From: Flavobacteriaceae bacterium UBA3159
GTDB lineage: Bacteria; Bacteroidota; Bacteroidia; Flavobacteriales; Flavobacteriaceae
DNA: 64,000 bases
Direction of reading: 5' to 3'
NCBI GenBank assembly: GCA_002364535.1
Contig: DEYL01000054.1
Span: 7,309-71,308, forward strand
Below, one piece after another: positions 45,219 to 53,718 of the stretch. Position 1 is the first letter of the stretch. Each line of letters begins with the position of its first letter. Both the position numbers and the translations under genes were made by a program. Under the pieces are notes generated by a model. That model had not been told where the DNA came from. It searched no databases and saw only the letters and a program-made list of their open reading frames with translations.

Positions 45219-46601
45219 ATGGATTTAAACAGAAGGAAATTTATCAAAGATGCCTCTCTTGTTTCGGCTGGGGTAATTGCCGGGGTAAGTGGTGTTAGCG
45301 CTGCTAGCACTGCGATGAGTGCCCAGAGTTACAGAAGAATTATTGGCTCCAATGATCGTCTTAACGTTGGAATCGTTGGGTTTTCAGGTCGAGCCAAAGG
45401 TTCGCTTATTCCCGCTTTTCAACAACATACAAAACAACAAAACTGCCAGATTGTAGGTGTTTCTGACATTTGGAACAGAAGGAGAGACGTGGGAAAAGCG
45501 TTTCTGGAAAAAACAACCGGCAACAAAATCGAAACATGGAGAAATAATGAGGAAATGTATGACAAAAATCAAATTGACGCTGTCATCATTTCGACTGCTG
45601 ATTTCCAGCACGCCCTTCATACCGTTCAGGCTGCCAATGCCAAAAAAGACGTTTATGTAGAAAAGCCTTTTGCCGAAACCATGGAAGATGCCAGGTTAGG
45701 AAAGAAAGCTGCCAATGATGCGGGTATTATTCTTCAAGTAGGATCACAACGCAGAAGTGGGAAAAACTACCATGCTGCCGACAAGTATATGAAATCGGGA
45801 GCTTTTGGAGATGTGGTTATGGTCGAGATGACTTGGAACGTAAACCAACCCGGGAGATGGAGAGTATATCCCAATAAAGTAAAAGACATCAAGGAATCTG
45901 ATGTGGATTGGAAAAGATACCTAATGAACCGTCCTTACCAAAAATGGGATCCAAGAAAATACTTAGAATATCGTTTGTTCTGGCCATTATCCTCGGGTAT
46001 CCCTGGACAGTGGATGGCGCACCAGATTGATACTGTTCACTGGTTTTCAGGCCTAGAGCATCCAAGAAGTGTAGCTGCGAATGGTGGTATCTACCTTTGG
46101 AAAGATGGTCGAACCAACTTTGATACCATGACCGCGGTATTCGATTACGGTCCCTTGGATGATACTAACTCCGGATTTCAAGTGGTCTATTCTTCCCGCT
46201 TTACCAATTCTGCAGGAGGAACCAAAGAAATTTACTACTCCAATGGAGGTGAACTAAACATGAAGACCAACAAAGTAACACCCAACGGTGGACTTACAGA
46301 ACGTTATTCTAGTGGAATGAACATGAAACCCAATCAATTGAAAGAATTTTCATTGTCTGAAATCGATACTAAGGTGGTTACTTCTGCCAATACTGGAGTG
46401 GATAACATGACTTCTAATCACATGCTCAACTGGCTGGAATGCGTCCGTTCCAGAGCAAAAACCAATGCACCGGTTGAAGCTGGGTATAACCACTCAATTG
46501 CCAACATCATGACTACAGCATCTATGAGGACTGGGCTTAAAGCCACTTTCGATGAAAAAAATCAAGAAGTGTTGGCTGGTGGAAAAGTATTCAAATACTA
46601 A
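45219..46601 (+). CDS. Tat-exported Gfo/Idh/MocA-family oxidoreductase
   Basis: MDLNRRKFIKDASLVSAGVIAGVSGVSA has an RRxFxK twin-arginine signal. The Rossmann motif is VGIVGFSGRAK and YVEKPF is the family EKP block. Confidence 0.85.
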   Translation: MDLNRRKFIKDASLVSAGVIAGVSGVSAASTAMSAQSYRRIIGSNDRLNVGIVGFSGRAKGSLIPAFQQHTKQQNCQIVGVSDIWNRRRDVGKAFLEKTTGNKIETWRNNEEMYDKNQIDAVIISTADFQHALHTVQAANAKKDVYVEKPFAETMEDARLGKKAANDAGIILQVGSQRRSGKNYHAADKYMKSGAFGDVVMVEMTWNVNQPGRWRVYPNKVKDIKESDVDWKRYLMNRPYQKWDPRKYLEYRLFWPLSSGIPGQWMAHQIDTVHWFSGLEHPRSVAANGGIYLWKDGRTNFDTMTAVFDYGPLDDTNSGFQVVYSSRFTNSAGGTKEIYYSNGGELNMKTNKVTPNGGLTERYSSGMNMKPNQLKEFSLSEIDTKVVTSANTGVDNMTSNHMLNWLECVRSRAKTNAPVEAGYNHSIANIMTTASMRTGLKATFDEKNQEVLAGGKVFKY

Positions 46602-46610
46602 TACAGTACT

Positions 46611-48233
46611 ATGATTAGGGCTTTTACTTTAATAATAATCCTAAGCGTCGTAATGAATTCATGCGAAGGACAACCCAAAACTACCGAAGCGGAATATGCT
46701 TCGGTAGTTTTTGTAAACGATACAGCAAACCAAAAAGTTGACGTACAACTTAATGGTACGCTATTTACCAGTTACCATTATCAAGCTTCACTTCCCAAAC
46801 CCGTTCTTTTTCCTTTGGTTACCGCCAGTGGCAAAACACTCACAAGAGGTTTCCCTATTGACCCTCAACCGGGAGAACGTGTTGACCACCCCCATCATAT
46901 GGGTCATTGGTTTAACTATGGAGACGTTAATGGATTGGACTTCTGGAACAACTCTAATGCCATTCCAAAAGAAAAATTAGAAGACTACGGTAAGATTGTA
47001 CACAGCGAAATTGTTAAAATAAATCAAGAACAAGGCAGTCTTACTACTAAAAGTAGTTGGCAAAGTACTGCAGGTGAATCCATGCTGGATGAAACTACCG
47101 TTTTTGAATTCTCGCAAGAGGGCAATACCAGAATTATTGATAGGTACACCACACTTACCGCACTTCAAGACATTTCATTTAAAGACAATAAAGAAGGAGT
47201 TTTTGGCGTTCGTGTAACCCGTGCTATGGAATTACCCGCCAAAAAACCAGCAATTTTTGTCGATGCACAAGGCAATCCGACAGAAGTAAAGGTATTGGAC
47301 AATACTGGTGTTAACGGGAACTACCTCAGCAGTGAAGGATTGGAAGGAAATGACGTTTGGGGAACCCGGGCCGAATGGGTAAAACTCTACAGCACAATAA
47401 AGGAAGAACCCGTTTCCATCACCATCATGGACAACCCCAATAATGTGGGCTATCCCACCTATTGGCATGCCAGAGACTACGGTCTTTTTTCGGCCAACCC
47501 CTTAGGTCAAGAAGTTTTTTCAAAAGGGAAAGAAGCTCTGAATTTTTCTTTACAAAATGGAGAGTCAGTAACGTTTCATTATAGAATGTTGGTACATAAC
47601 GGATCAATTCTTGATCCAAAAGACATTAGTAAATTTTCGTTAGTTGATAATAAATATAAGACCTATTTCGACGGATCAGATCTTTCTCAATGGGTTATAA
47701 AAACTAGAAGAGGAGAGGCTGATGGTGTTATTGTAAAGGAAATTGATCTGAATGACAACATATGGTGGTCTGTTGAAGATAATCTTTTGAAAGTAAAAAA
47801 TGGCCCAGATGAAATGGGCTCAACACTGTGGACCAAGAATTCGTTCGAAAACTTTAGAGTTCGTCTTAATTTTAAATTCATCGAAGGTAATATAGACTCT
47901 GGAATTTTTATGAGAGGAAGTGACCATTTAAATCCTCAAATTCAAATAGGCGTATCAGGTTCATTAAAAAGAGATATGACTTGTTCTCCCTACATTCCAA
48001 AAAAAGGGTATCCCAAAGAAGCTACTAAAGTTAAATCACTCCTCAAAATGAACGACTGGAATAACATGGTTGCTGAAGCTATAGGTGACCGCTACAGAGT
48101 ATGGTTAAATGGGGAACAAGTGATGGATTACAGTATGGAAGATGCAAATCTTAGTGGCCCCGTTGGTATCCAGCTTCATAGCGGAAGAGAGATGGAAATC
48201 TGGTATAAATCAATCGATATTGCCAGTTTCTAA
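46611..48233 (+). CDS. Fusion protein: N-terminal DUF6807 (PmoA-like) domain plus C-terminal DUF1080 domain, lipoprotein
   Basis: Lipobox MNSC. HPHHMGHWFNYGDVNGLDFWN is the characteristic DUF6807 block. The last ~190 aa (YFDGSDLSQWV...FRVRLNFKF...DSGIFMRG...GIQLHSGREMEIWYKSIDI) follow the DUF1080 pattern seen in 40234-41628. Confidence 0.7.
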   Translation: MIRAFTLIIILSVVMNSCEGQPKTTEAEYASVVFVNDTANQKVDVQLNGTLFTSYHYQASLPKPVLFPLVTASGKTLTRGFPIDPQPGERVDHPHHMGHWFNYGDVNGLDFWNNSNAIPKEKLEDYGKIVHSEIVKINQEQGSLTTKSSWQSTAGESMLDETTVFEFSQEGNTRIIDRYTTLTALQDISFKDNKEGVFGVRVTRAMELPAKKPAIFVDAQGNPTEVKVLDNTGVNGNYLSSEGLEGNDVWGTRAEWVKLYSTIKEEPVSITIMDNPNNVGYPTYWHARDYGLFSANPLGQEVFSKGKEALNFSLQNGESVTFHYRMLVHNGSILDPKDISKFSLVDNKYKTYFDGSDLSQWVIKTRRGEADGVIVKEIDLNDNIWWSVEDNLLKVKNGPDEMGSTLWTKNSFENFRVRLNFKFIEGNIDSGIFMRGSDHLNPQIQIGVSGSLKRDMTCSPYIPKKGYPKEATKVKSLLKMNDWNNMVAEAIGDRYRVWLNGEQVMDYSMEDANLSGPVGIQLHSGREMEIWYKSIDIASF

Positions 48234-48250
48234 AGTTATCTTATATAAAT

Positions 48251-48296
48251 AAAACCGCTATCGAGTTTAACAATTTCGTTGGCGGTTTATTTTATA
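48251..48296 (+). terminator. Rho-independent terminator closing the 40234-48233 block
   Basis: AAAACCGC (48251-48258) pairs with GCGGTTT (48282-48288), with additional imperfect pairing (TCGA/TCG) inside. A T-rich tail tattttat follows. Confidence 0.55.
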
Positions 48297-48321
48297 TACT
48301 ACTTAAACAAACACTTATATT

Positions 48322-49644
48322 ATGTTAAATAAAAAAATTTTCGTTGGTATTTTTCTTTTCTCAGTTTTACTGAGTAACTCACAGACTACAAAAACAGAAA
48401 TCAATGAAATAGTTAAAGAGTGGGCGTCACCAACAAAATTTCCAGACCATGTTGTTTTAAGTGCAACTGAAGATCCCTCAAGATCAGTTGGAGTTAATTG
48501 GAGGACTGAAGCCAGTAATGAAATAGGTTATGTTGAGCTTGCAGTTGCTGGACCTGGACCCTACTTTAAAAAAAATAGCAAAAAATATAAAGCAGAAAGA
48601 ACTGTAGTAGATTCTGAGCAAGCATACAAAGATGGATTCAAAGCTTCATATTTTGAAGTTCAAATCGATCAATTAGCACCTAATACTCTTTATGCTTACA
48701 GAGTTGGTAATTATCATTTTAAAAGTGAATGGCATCATTTTAAAACTGCTAATAACCAGCCGACTCCAATTTCTTTTTTATATGTAGGAGATGCTCAAAA
48801 TTATATTTTAGAATTATGGTCCAGAGTAATTAGGAATGCATACAAAACAGCTCCTAATGCTGATTTTTTTATCCATGCAGGTGATTTAGTTGATGATGGT
48901 CATGAGGAGATTGATTGGAATGAATGGTTTGCGGCTGGAAGCTTTATTCATAGCGAAATACCAGCTATTGCAGTCCCAGGAAATCATGAGTATCGCTATC
49001 TTGATGGAAGTTTATTTTCACAGAATGAAGTACTTTCTGTTCAATGGAATGCTCAATTCGGTTTTCCTAAAAATGGTCCAAAAGGATTGGAAAAAACCTG
49101 TTATTATGTAGATTATCCAGATTTAAAAATAATAGCTCTTAATAGTAATATTGATATAAAACGTCAAGCTAAATGGCTGAAGGATGTTTTAAAGAGTAAT
49201 GATAAAAAATGGGTAGTAGTTACTTATCATCATCCTGTATTTTCTGCATCTACAGGTAGAGATAACTCAGAACTAAGATTACTGTGGCAGCCTATTTTTG
49301 AGGAATATAATGTTGATCTGGCCCTTCAAGGCCATGACCATACCTATGCTAGGGGTGCTATTTATGAGAAACCCATCGTCGTTAAAAATGATGTTAAGAA
49401 TCAAAACATTATAGGACCAGTATATGTAGTATCTGTTAGTGGAGGTAAAATGTACTCTGTCAATAAAACAGGTTGGGATGAATTTGGAGCAACTCAAGGT
49501 AAAACTGGAGAACGCATCCAATTATTCCAACACATTTCTATTGACGGAGACCGATTGATATATCGATCTTTTACTGCTACAGGGGAATTATTTGACCGTT
49601 TTGGAATATTAAAGCAAAATGGAAAAAACAAATACTTTGATTAA
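48322..49644 (+). CDS. Purple-acid-phosphatase-like calcineurin-fold metallophosphoesterase, secreted
   Basis: PAP N-domain block VVLSATEDPSRSVGVNWRT, followed by GDAQN, HAGDLVDDG, VPGNHEY, VTYHHP and QGHDHTY, the canonical metallophosphatase ligand series. Confidence 0.75.
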   Translation: MLNKKIFVGIFLFSVLLSNSQTTKTEINEIVKEWASPTKFPDHVVLSATEDPSRSVGVNWRTEASNEIGYVELAVAGPGPYFKKNSKKYKAERTVVDSEQAYKDGFKASYFEVQIDQLAPNTLYAYRVGNYHFKSEWHHFKTANNQPTPISFLYVGDAQNYILELWSRVIRNAYKTAPNADFFIHAGDLVDDGHEEIDWNEWFAAGSFIHSEIPAIAVPGNHEYRYLDGSLFSQNEVLSVQWNAQFGFPKNGPKGLEKTCYYVDYPDLKIIALNSNIDIKRQAKWLKDVLKSNDKKWVVVTYHHPVFSASTGRDNSELRLLWQPIFEEYNVDLALQGHDHTYARGAIYEKPIVVKNDVKNQNIIGPVYVVSVSGGKMYSVNKTGWDEFGATQGKTGERIQLFQHISIDGDRLIYRSFTATGELFDRFGILKQNGKNKYFD

Positions 49645-49689
49645 GAAGTAACAAAAATCCTACAGAATCATAAAAGCATTATTTCTAAA

Positions 49690-50478
49690 ATGAAAATAAA
49701 ATTAAAAAACGTTGGAAAGTGCTTTTTGAATTATACAATTTTAATTTTGGGTTTTCAGATTAATGCCCAATCAATAAAAGAACAGCCTAAAGAAATTATT
49801 TTACTAATAGGTCAATCAAATATGGCAGGGCGAGCCGAAATGATTAAGCAAGACTACCAAGTCGTTAAAAATGCTTTTCTGTTCGACAGTCTTAATCGAT
49901 GGGTTCCACTAAAAAGTCCCCTAAACATTCACTCTTCGATTAGAAAAGAGGCCAGTATACAAAGATTCAATTTGGGGCATTCTTTCGCCAAGGAAGTAAT
50001 TGCTGATGGCAACATCAACCCCCTGGGATTGGTGGTCAATGCCAAAGGGGGTACCAAAATCGATCAATGGATTCCCGGAACCCATTTCTTTAAGGAAGCC
50101 CTTAGAAGAGGCAAATCTGCAATTGGTGATCAGGGAAAGATCATTGCTACCTTTTGGCTTCAGGGAGAAGGCAATCTAGGGGATAAAGATCCAAAATTTG
50201 CCATCTACTTCAAAAAACTCAAATCTATAATTTACACTTTGAGAAAGGAGTTTAATAATGAAAAAATGATATTCATTGCCTCTGAACTAAATAAAAACCG
50301 GCCTGAAAATGAAGATTTTAAAAAAATGCTAGACAGACTCAATACCGAAATCCCCCATGGAGCATCGGTAAAGTCTGCCGGAACCTCAACATATGACGGT
50401 ACGCATTACGACCATAAAAGTCTTGAGGTTTTGGGTAAAAGGTTTGCCATTAAGTTTAAAGAATTGTATAAAAAATAA
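49690..50478 (+). CDS. SASA/DUF303-family carbohydrate O-acetylesterase-like protein
   Basis: Has a signal peptide. LIGQSNMAGRAEM matches the GQSNM(x)G nucleophile block of the sialate O-acetylesterase-like family. The ~260 aa size fits. Confidence 0.6.
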   Translation: MKIKLKNVGKCFLNYTILILGFQINAQSIKEQPKEIILLIGQSNMAGRAEMIKQDYQVVKNAFLFDSLNRWVPLKSPLNIHSSIRKEASIQRFNLGHSFAKEVIADGNINPLGLVVNAKGGTKIDQWIPGTHFFKEALRRGKSAIGDQGKIIATFWLQGEGNLGDKDPKFAIYFKKLKSIIYTLRKEFNNEKMIFIASELNKNRPENEDFKKMLDRLNTEIPHGASVKSAGTSTYDGTHYDHKSLEVLGKRFAIKFKELYKK

Positions 50479-50490
50479 AAATTAAATACA

Positions 50491-52803
50491 TTGAAATTCA
50501 AAACATTCTACTACCTATTAATTTCATTCATTGCAATGCTCTTTCTGGGCTGTGGAGAAGAAAATATTCTACCCAAAGGTTTGAGAACCGATTTGATGCG
50601 TAATTCAGATTATGTAGGACTTAATGGAAAAAAACAATCCCTTATACTCCAAAACGATGTATTGACCAAGGGGCGGTACGAAATTGCAAAAGTTCAATCT
50701 GAAAACCCACTCTTTAATTGGATTCTGGACGATAGATCTCAAAACACCATCGCATATCAGATCTTGTTAAGCAGCAATCGAGCTGGATTAAAACAAAACA
50801 AAGGCGATCACTGGGACAGTGGCAAAATATACAGCCACCAATCCTCAACCATATACAAAGGCAATCCACTTCAAAAAAACAAGGTCTATTACTGGAAAGT
50901 CCGGTATTGGGAAAATGAGGATCAAAGTTCTGGCTATTCAGAACCTCAAGCATTTGTGATCGACCCCAATGCATCGCCTGAAAAATTTTCACAAGAACCA
51001 CTGGTCGCTTCAGACGAATTTCCGGAGCTCACCAAAAAAATAGATGGAAGCTATTTTCTTGATTTTAGAAAAGCTGCTTTTGCTAAACTTAAAATCGAAT
51101 TGAATTCATCAAAGGAAGATTCAATTCTGGTAAGTGTAGGTGAGATGAAACAAAAAAACGTTTTATCGATTGATGCTCAAGCAGGAAGGAACATCAGATA
51201 CCATCAAACCCACTTAAAATTAAAACCGGGAACACACTGGTATGAAATCCCTTGGCCGGTAAACAAGAAAAGGGCCAGTAACCGTTTTATGATAAAAATG
51301 CCGGACTATATCGGAGAGGTTTACCCTTTCCGATTTGTCGAGGTTAAAGGTTATGGCGGCGATTTAAAAGCCCCTCAAGCTATCAGGACGGTGATCAATT
51401 ATACTTTTGAGGAATCTGCCTCATCTTTTATTTCAAGTGACAAAGTTTTAAACCAAGTTTGGGATTTTTGTAAATATTCTATGAAAGCTACCAGTTTCTG
51501 TGGCTATTATGTAGATGGAGACAGAGAGCGAATCCCTTATGAAGCCGATGCTTTTATCAATCAACTTTCTCACTATGCTGTAGACGCTGAGTATGGCATT
51601 GCCAGGGGCAGTATGAAGCACTTGTTATTCAATCCTACATGGCCCACCGAATGGACCCTTTATAATATTCTGATGGCCTGGTATGATTATCTCTATACCG
51701 GAGACAATCGCTTCATTGAAAAATATTATGAGGAATTAAAAATCAAAACACTGATGGACTTGTCGGATGAGACAGGTCTTATAAGCACTTTGACAGGTAA
51801 ACAAACGGAAGCCTTTTTTGAAAAATTACACAAAAATCATTGGGGAAAAAACAACAACCTAAGAGACATTGTCGACTGGCCTCAGGCGCAGCCTCCCGGT
51901 GGTTATGAGAATCTAAAGCATTTTACAGGAACAGAAAAAGAACATCCGGGAGAAAACGATGGTTATGTTTATCAAACCTACAATGCAGTGGTCAATGCCT
52001 TGTATTATGGGGCTTTGAAAATAATGGAAGAAATTGCCCTTGATCTAGATCAAAAGGAGGATCTAAGCTTATTTCAAACACGCAGTGAAAAATTCAAAAA
52101 AGCATATCTGGAAACCTTTCAGGATAAAAACAATGGTTTGATCAATGATGGGGAAGATACAGACCACAAATCTCAACACGCCAATATGTTTGCACTGACT
52201 TTTGGACTGATCCCGCAAAAGGACATAGAAAATGTAGTGACTTATGTAGCGCAAAAAAACATGTCCTGTAGCGTCTATGGATCACAAATTTTACTGGAGG
52301 GGCTTTTTGATTATGGCGGTGCGGATCATGCCATAGGCCTTATGGCCGCAAAAACAGAAAGAAGCTGGTACAACATGATCCGATATGGATCAACCATCAC
52401 CATGGAGGCATGGGACAAAAGGTATAAACCCAATTTGGATTTGAACCACGCCTGGGGCGGTGCACCTGCCAATATTATTGTCAGAAAGATGATGGGAGTA
52501 GCCCCCCTGACCACTGGAGCGCAAAAAATTAAAATACACCCCAAAATAGGCACCCTTGAATTCGCAATCCTAAAAACCAGTTTTATCACAGGAACAGTCG
52601 AGCTTGAGTGTCGTCAAACCGACAACACTTTTGCGATGAATGTCAACCTACCGGGAGGGGTTACAGGAGACCTGATGATTCCTGCTTTGAAAGGTGATAA
52701 AAAGCTGTATATCAACGGCCAAACTACGCAAAAAAAGGCTGAGAAAGGATATTTTCATCTAAAAGATTTTCCTGCCGGAAAAACATCTTTTGCGGTTAAA
52801 TAA
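50491..52803 (+). CDS. GH78-like alpha-L-rhamnosidase, lipoprotein; TTG start
   Basis: TTG at 50491 followed by MKFKTFYYLLISFIAMLFLGC. The N-domain block is YYWKVRYWENEDQSSGYSEPQAF. The catalytic six-hairpin region has YYVDGDRERIPYEADAFINQ (the D.P.RER..W.GD-type block) and MEAWD...NHAWGGAP. Confidence 0.75.
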   Translation: MKFKTFYYLLISFIAMLFLGCGEENILPKGLRTDLMRNSDYVGLNGKKQSLILQNDVLTKGRYEIAKVQSENPLFNWILDDRSQNTIAYQILLSSNRAGLKQNKGDHWDSGKIYSHQSSTIYKGNPLQKNKVYYWKVRYWENEDQSSGYSEPQAFVIDPNASPEKFSQEPLVASDEFPELTKKIDGSYFLDFRKAAFAKLKIELNSSKEDSILVSVGEMKQKNVLSIDAQAGRNIRYHQTHLKLKPGTHWYEIPWPVNKKRASNRFMIKMPDYIGEVYPFRFVEVKGYGGDLKAPQAIRTVINYTFEESASSFISSDKVLNQVWDFCKYSMKATSFCGYYVDGDRERIPYEADAFINQLSHYAVDAEYGIARGSMKHLLFNPTWPTEWTLYNILMAWYDYLYTGDNRFIEKYYEELKIKTLMDLSDETGLISTLTGKQTEAFFEKLHKNHWGKNNNLRDIVDWPQAQPPGGYENLKHFTGTEKEHPGENDGYVYQTYNAVVNALYYGALKIMEEIALDLDQKEDLSLFQTRSEKFKKAYLETFQDKNNGLINDGEDTDHKSQHANMFALTFGLIPQKDIENVVTYVAQKNMSCSVYGSQILLEGLFDYGGADHAIGLMAAKTERSWYNMIRYGSTITMEAWDKRYKPNLDLNHAWGGAPANIIVRKMMGVAPLTTGAQKIKIHPKIGTLEFAILKTSFITGTVELECRQTDNTFAMNVNLPGGVTGDLMIPALKGDKKLYINGQTTQKKAEKGYFHLKDFPAGKTSFAVK

Positions 52804-52891
52804 TCAAAATAAATAATATATTTTCAAAATTTATGAAAACTTACTAACTTTGAAAAAAATCATGGTAACATAAGAATTTAATAACTGTGTT

Positions 52892-53053
52892 ATGGTGGTC
52901 AATGCATGTTACGCCAAACTTTACCAAGCATTGGATGATAATATTCTTAGACCAGACGATGGTGTGGAAGTTCAAATTTCCAGATGCCCCGAATGTGAAG
53001 GAATAATAAAGTCACCCTCTTATTTTGGTATTGAAATGGTTTGTAATAATTAA
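52892..53053 (+). CDS. Unlisted small ORF, 53 aa, four Cys (possible zinc-ribbon-like peptide or a gene remnant)
   Basis: My own translation: MVVNACYAKLYQALDDNILRPDDGVEVQISRCPECEGIIKSPSYFGIEMVCNN. It has an ATG start and a TAA stop and fills most of an otherwise empty 274-bp gap. It is below the ORF-track length cut-off. Confidence 0.25.
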   Translation: MVVNACYAKLYQALDDNILRPDDGVEVQISRCPECEGIIKSPSYFGIEMVCNN

Positions 53054-53077
53054 TCTTTTAACTTAATAAATTACCCA

Positions 53078-53608
53078 ATGAAAAAACTACTCATTATCAT
53101 CCTCGTAGCATCAGCTACATTGACACAAGCACAAGGCTTTAAAGGTTTAGACAAAAGCCCTATGGATCGTGTTTTTTATCCTGTTTCCAACAGGGTTACT
53201 GATAAGGCCGTTGTCATCACTTACAGCCGTCCTCAATTGAGAGGGAGGAATCTAGAAGATGTGGTTCAAACCTATAAAATTTGGAGAACTGGAGCAAATG
53301 AAGCCACAGAGTTCAGACTTTATAAGTCAATCAAACTGGGAGGTAAAGTTATTAAAGCAGGGACTTATACAATGTATACCTACCCTAAAGACAATTCCTC
53401 CGAGATCATCATTAATTCAGCCACAAATGTCTGGGGGGCTTACAGCTACGACCAATCAAAAGACATTGCAAGAATCGAAGTACCCGTGACAGAATCAACC
53501 GAATATCTCGAAGCTTTCTCATTCGTATTTAGTGGTGAAGGAAACAACGTAGTGCTTCACGGTGGTTGGGGAAATGCAAGGGTAGAAATTCCAATTACAA
53601 TTCTCTAA
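53078..53608 (+). CDS. DUF2911-family secreted protein
   Basis: Has a signal peptide. IWRTGANEATEFRLYKSIKLGGKVIKAGTYTMYT matches the W.tGANeaT...G..l.aG.Y block of DUF2911. Confidence 0.6.
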   Translation: MKKLLIIILVASATLTQAQGFKGLDKSPMDRVFYPVSNRVTDKAVVITYSRPQLRGRNLEDVVQTYKIWRTGANEATEFRLYKSIKLGGKVIKAGTYTMYTYPKDNSSEIIINSATNVWGAYSYDQSKDIARIEVPVTESTEYLEAFSFVFSGEGNNVVLHGGWGNARVEIPITIL

Positions 53609-53628
53609 GCCTAACAAAAGCTTTTATT

Positions 53629-53652
53629 AAAACCCCTTTTAGGGGTTTTTTT
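53629..53652 (+). terminator. Rho-independent terminator
   Basis: AAAACCCCT-ttt-AGGGGTTTT followed by a T-run (aaaaccccttttaggggttttttt). Confidence 0.8.
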
Positions 53653-53718
53653 ATTCTATTAAACTTGTTATGGTCTAATAGTATTTTTAAGTAATTTAGT
53701 CAATTATTATCAAAACTT

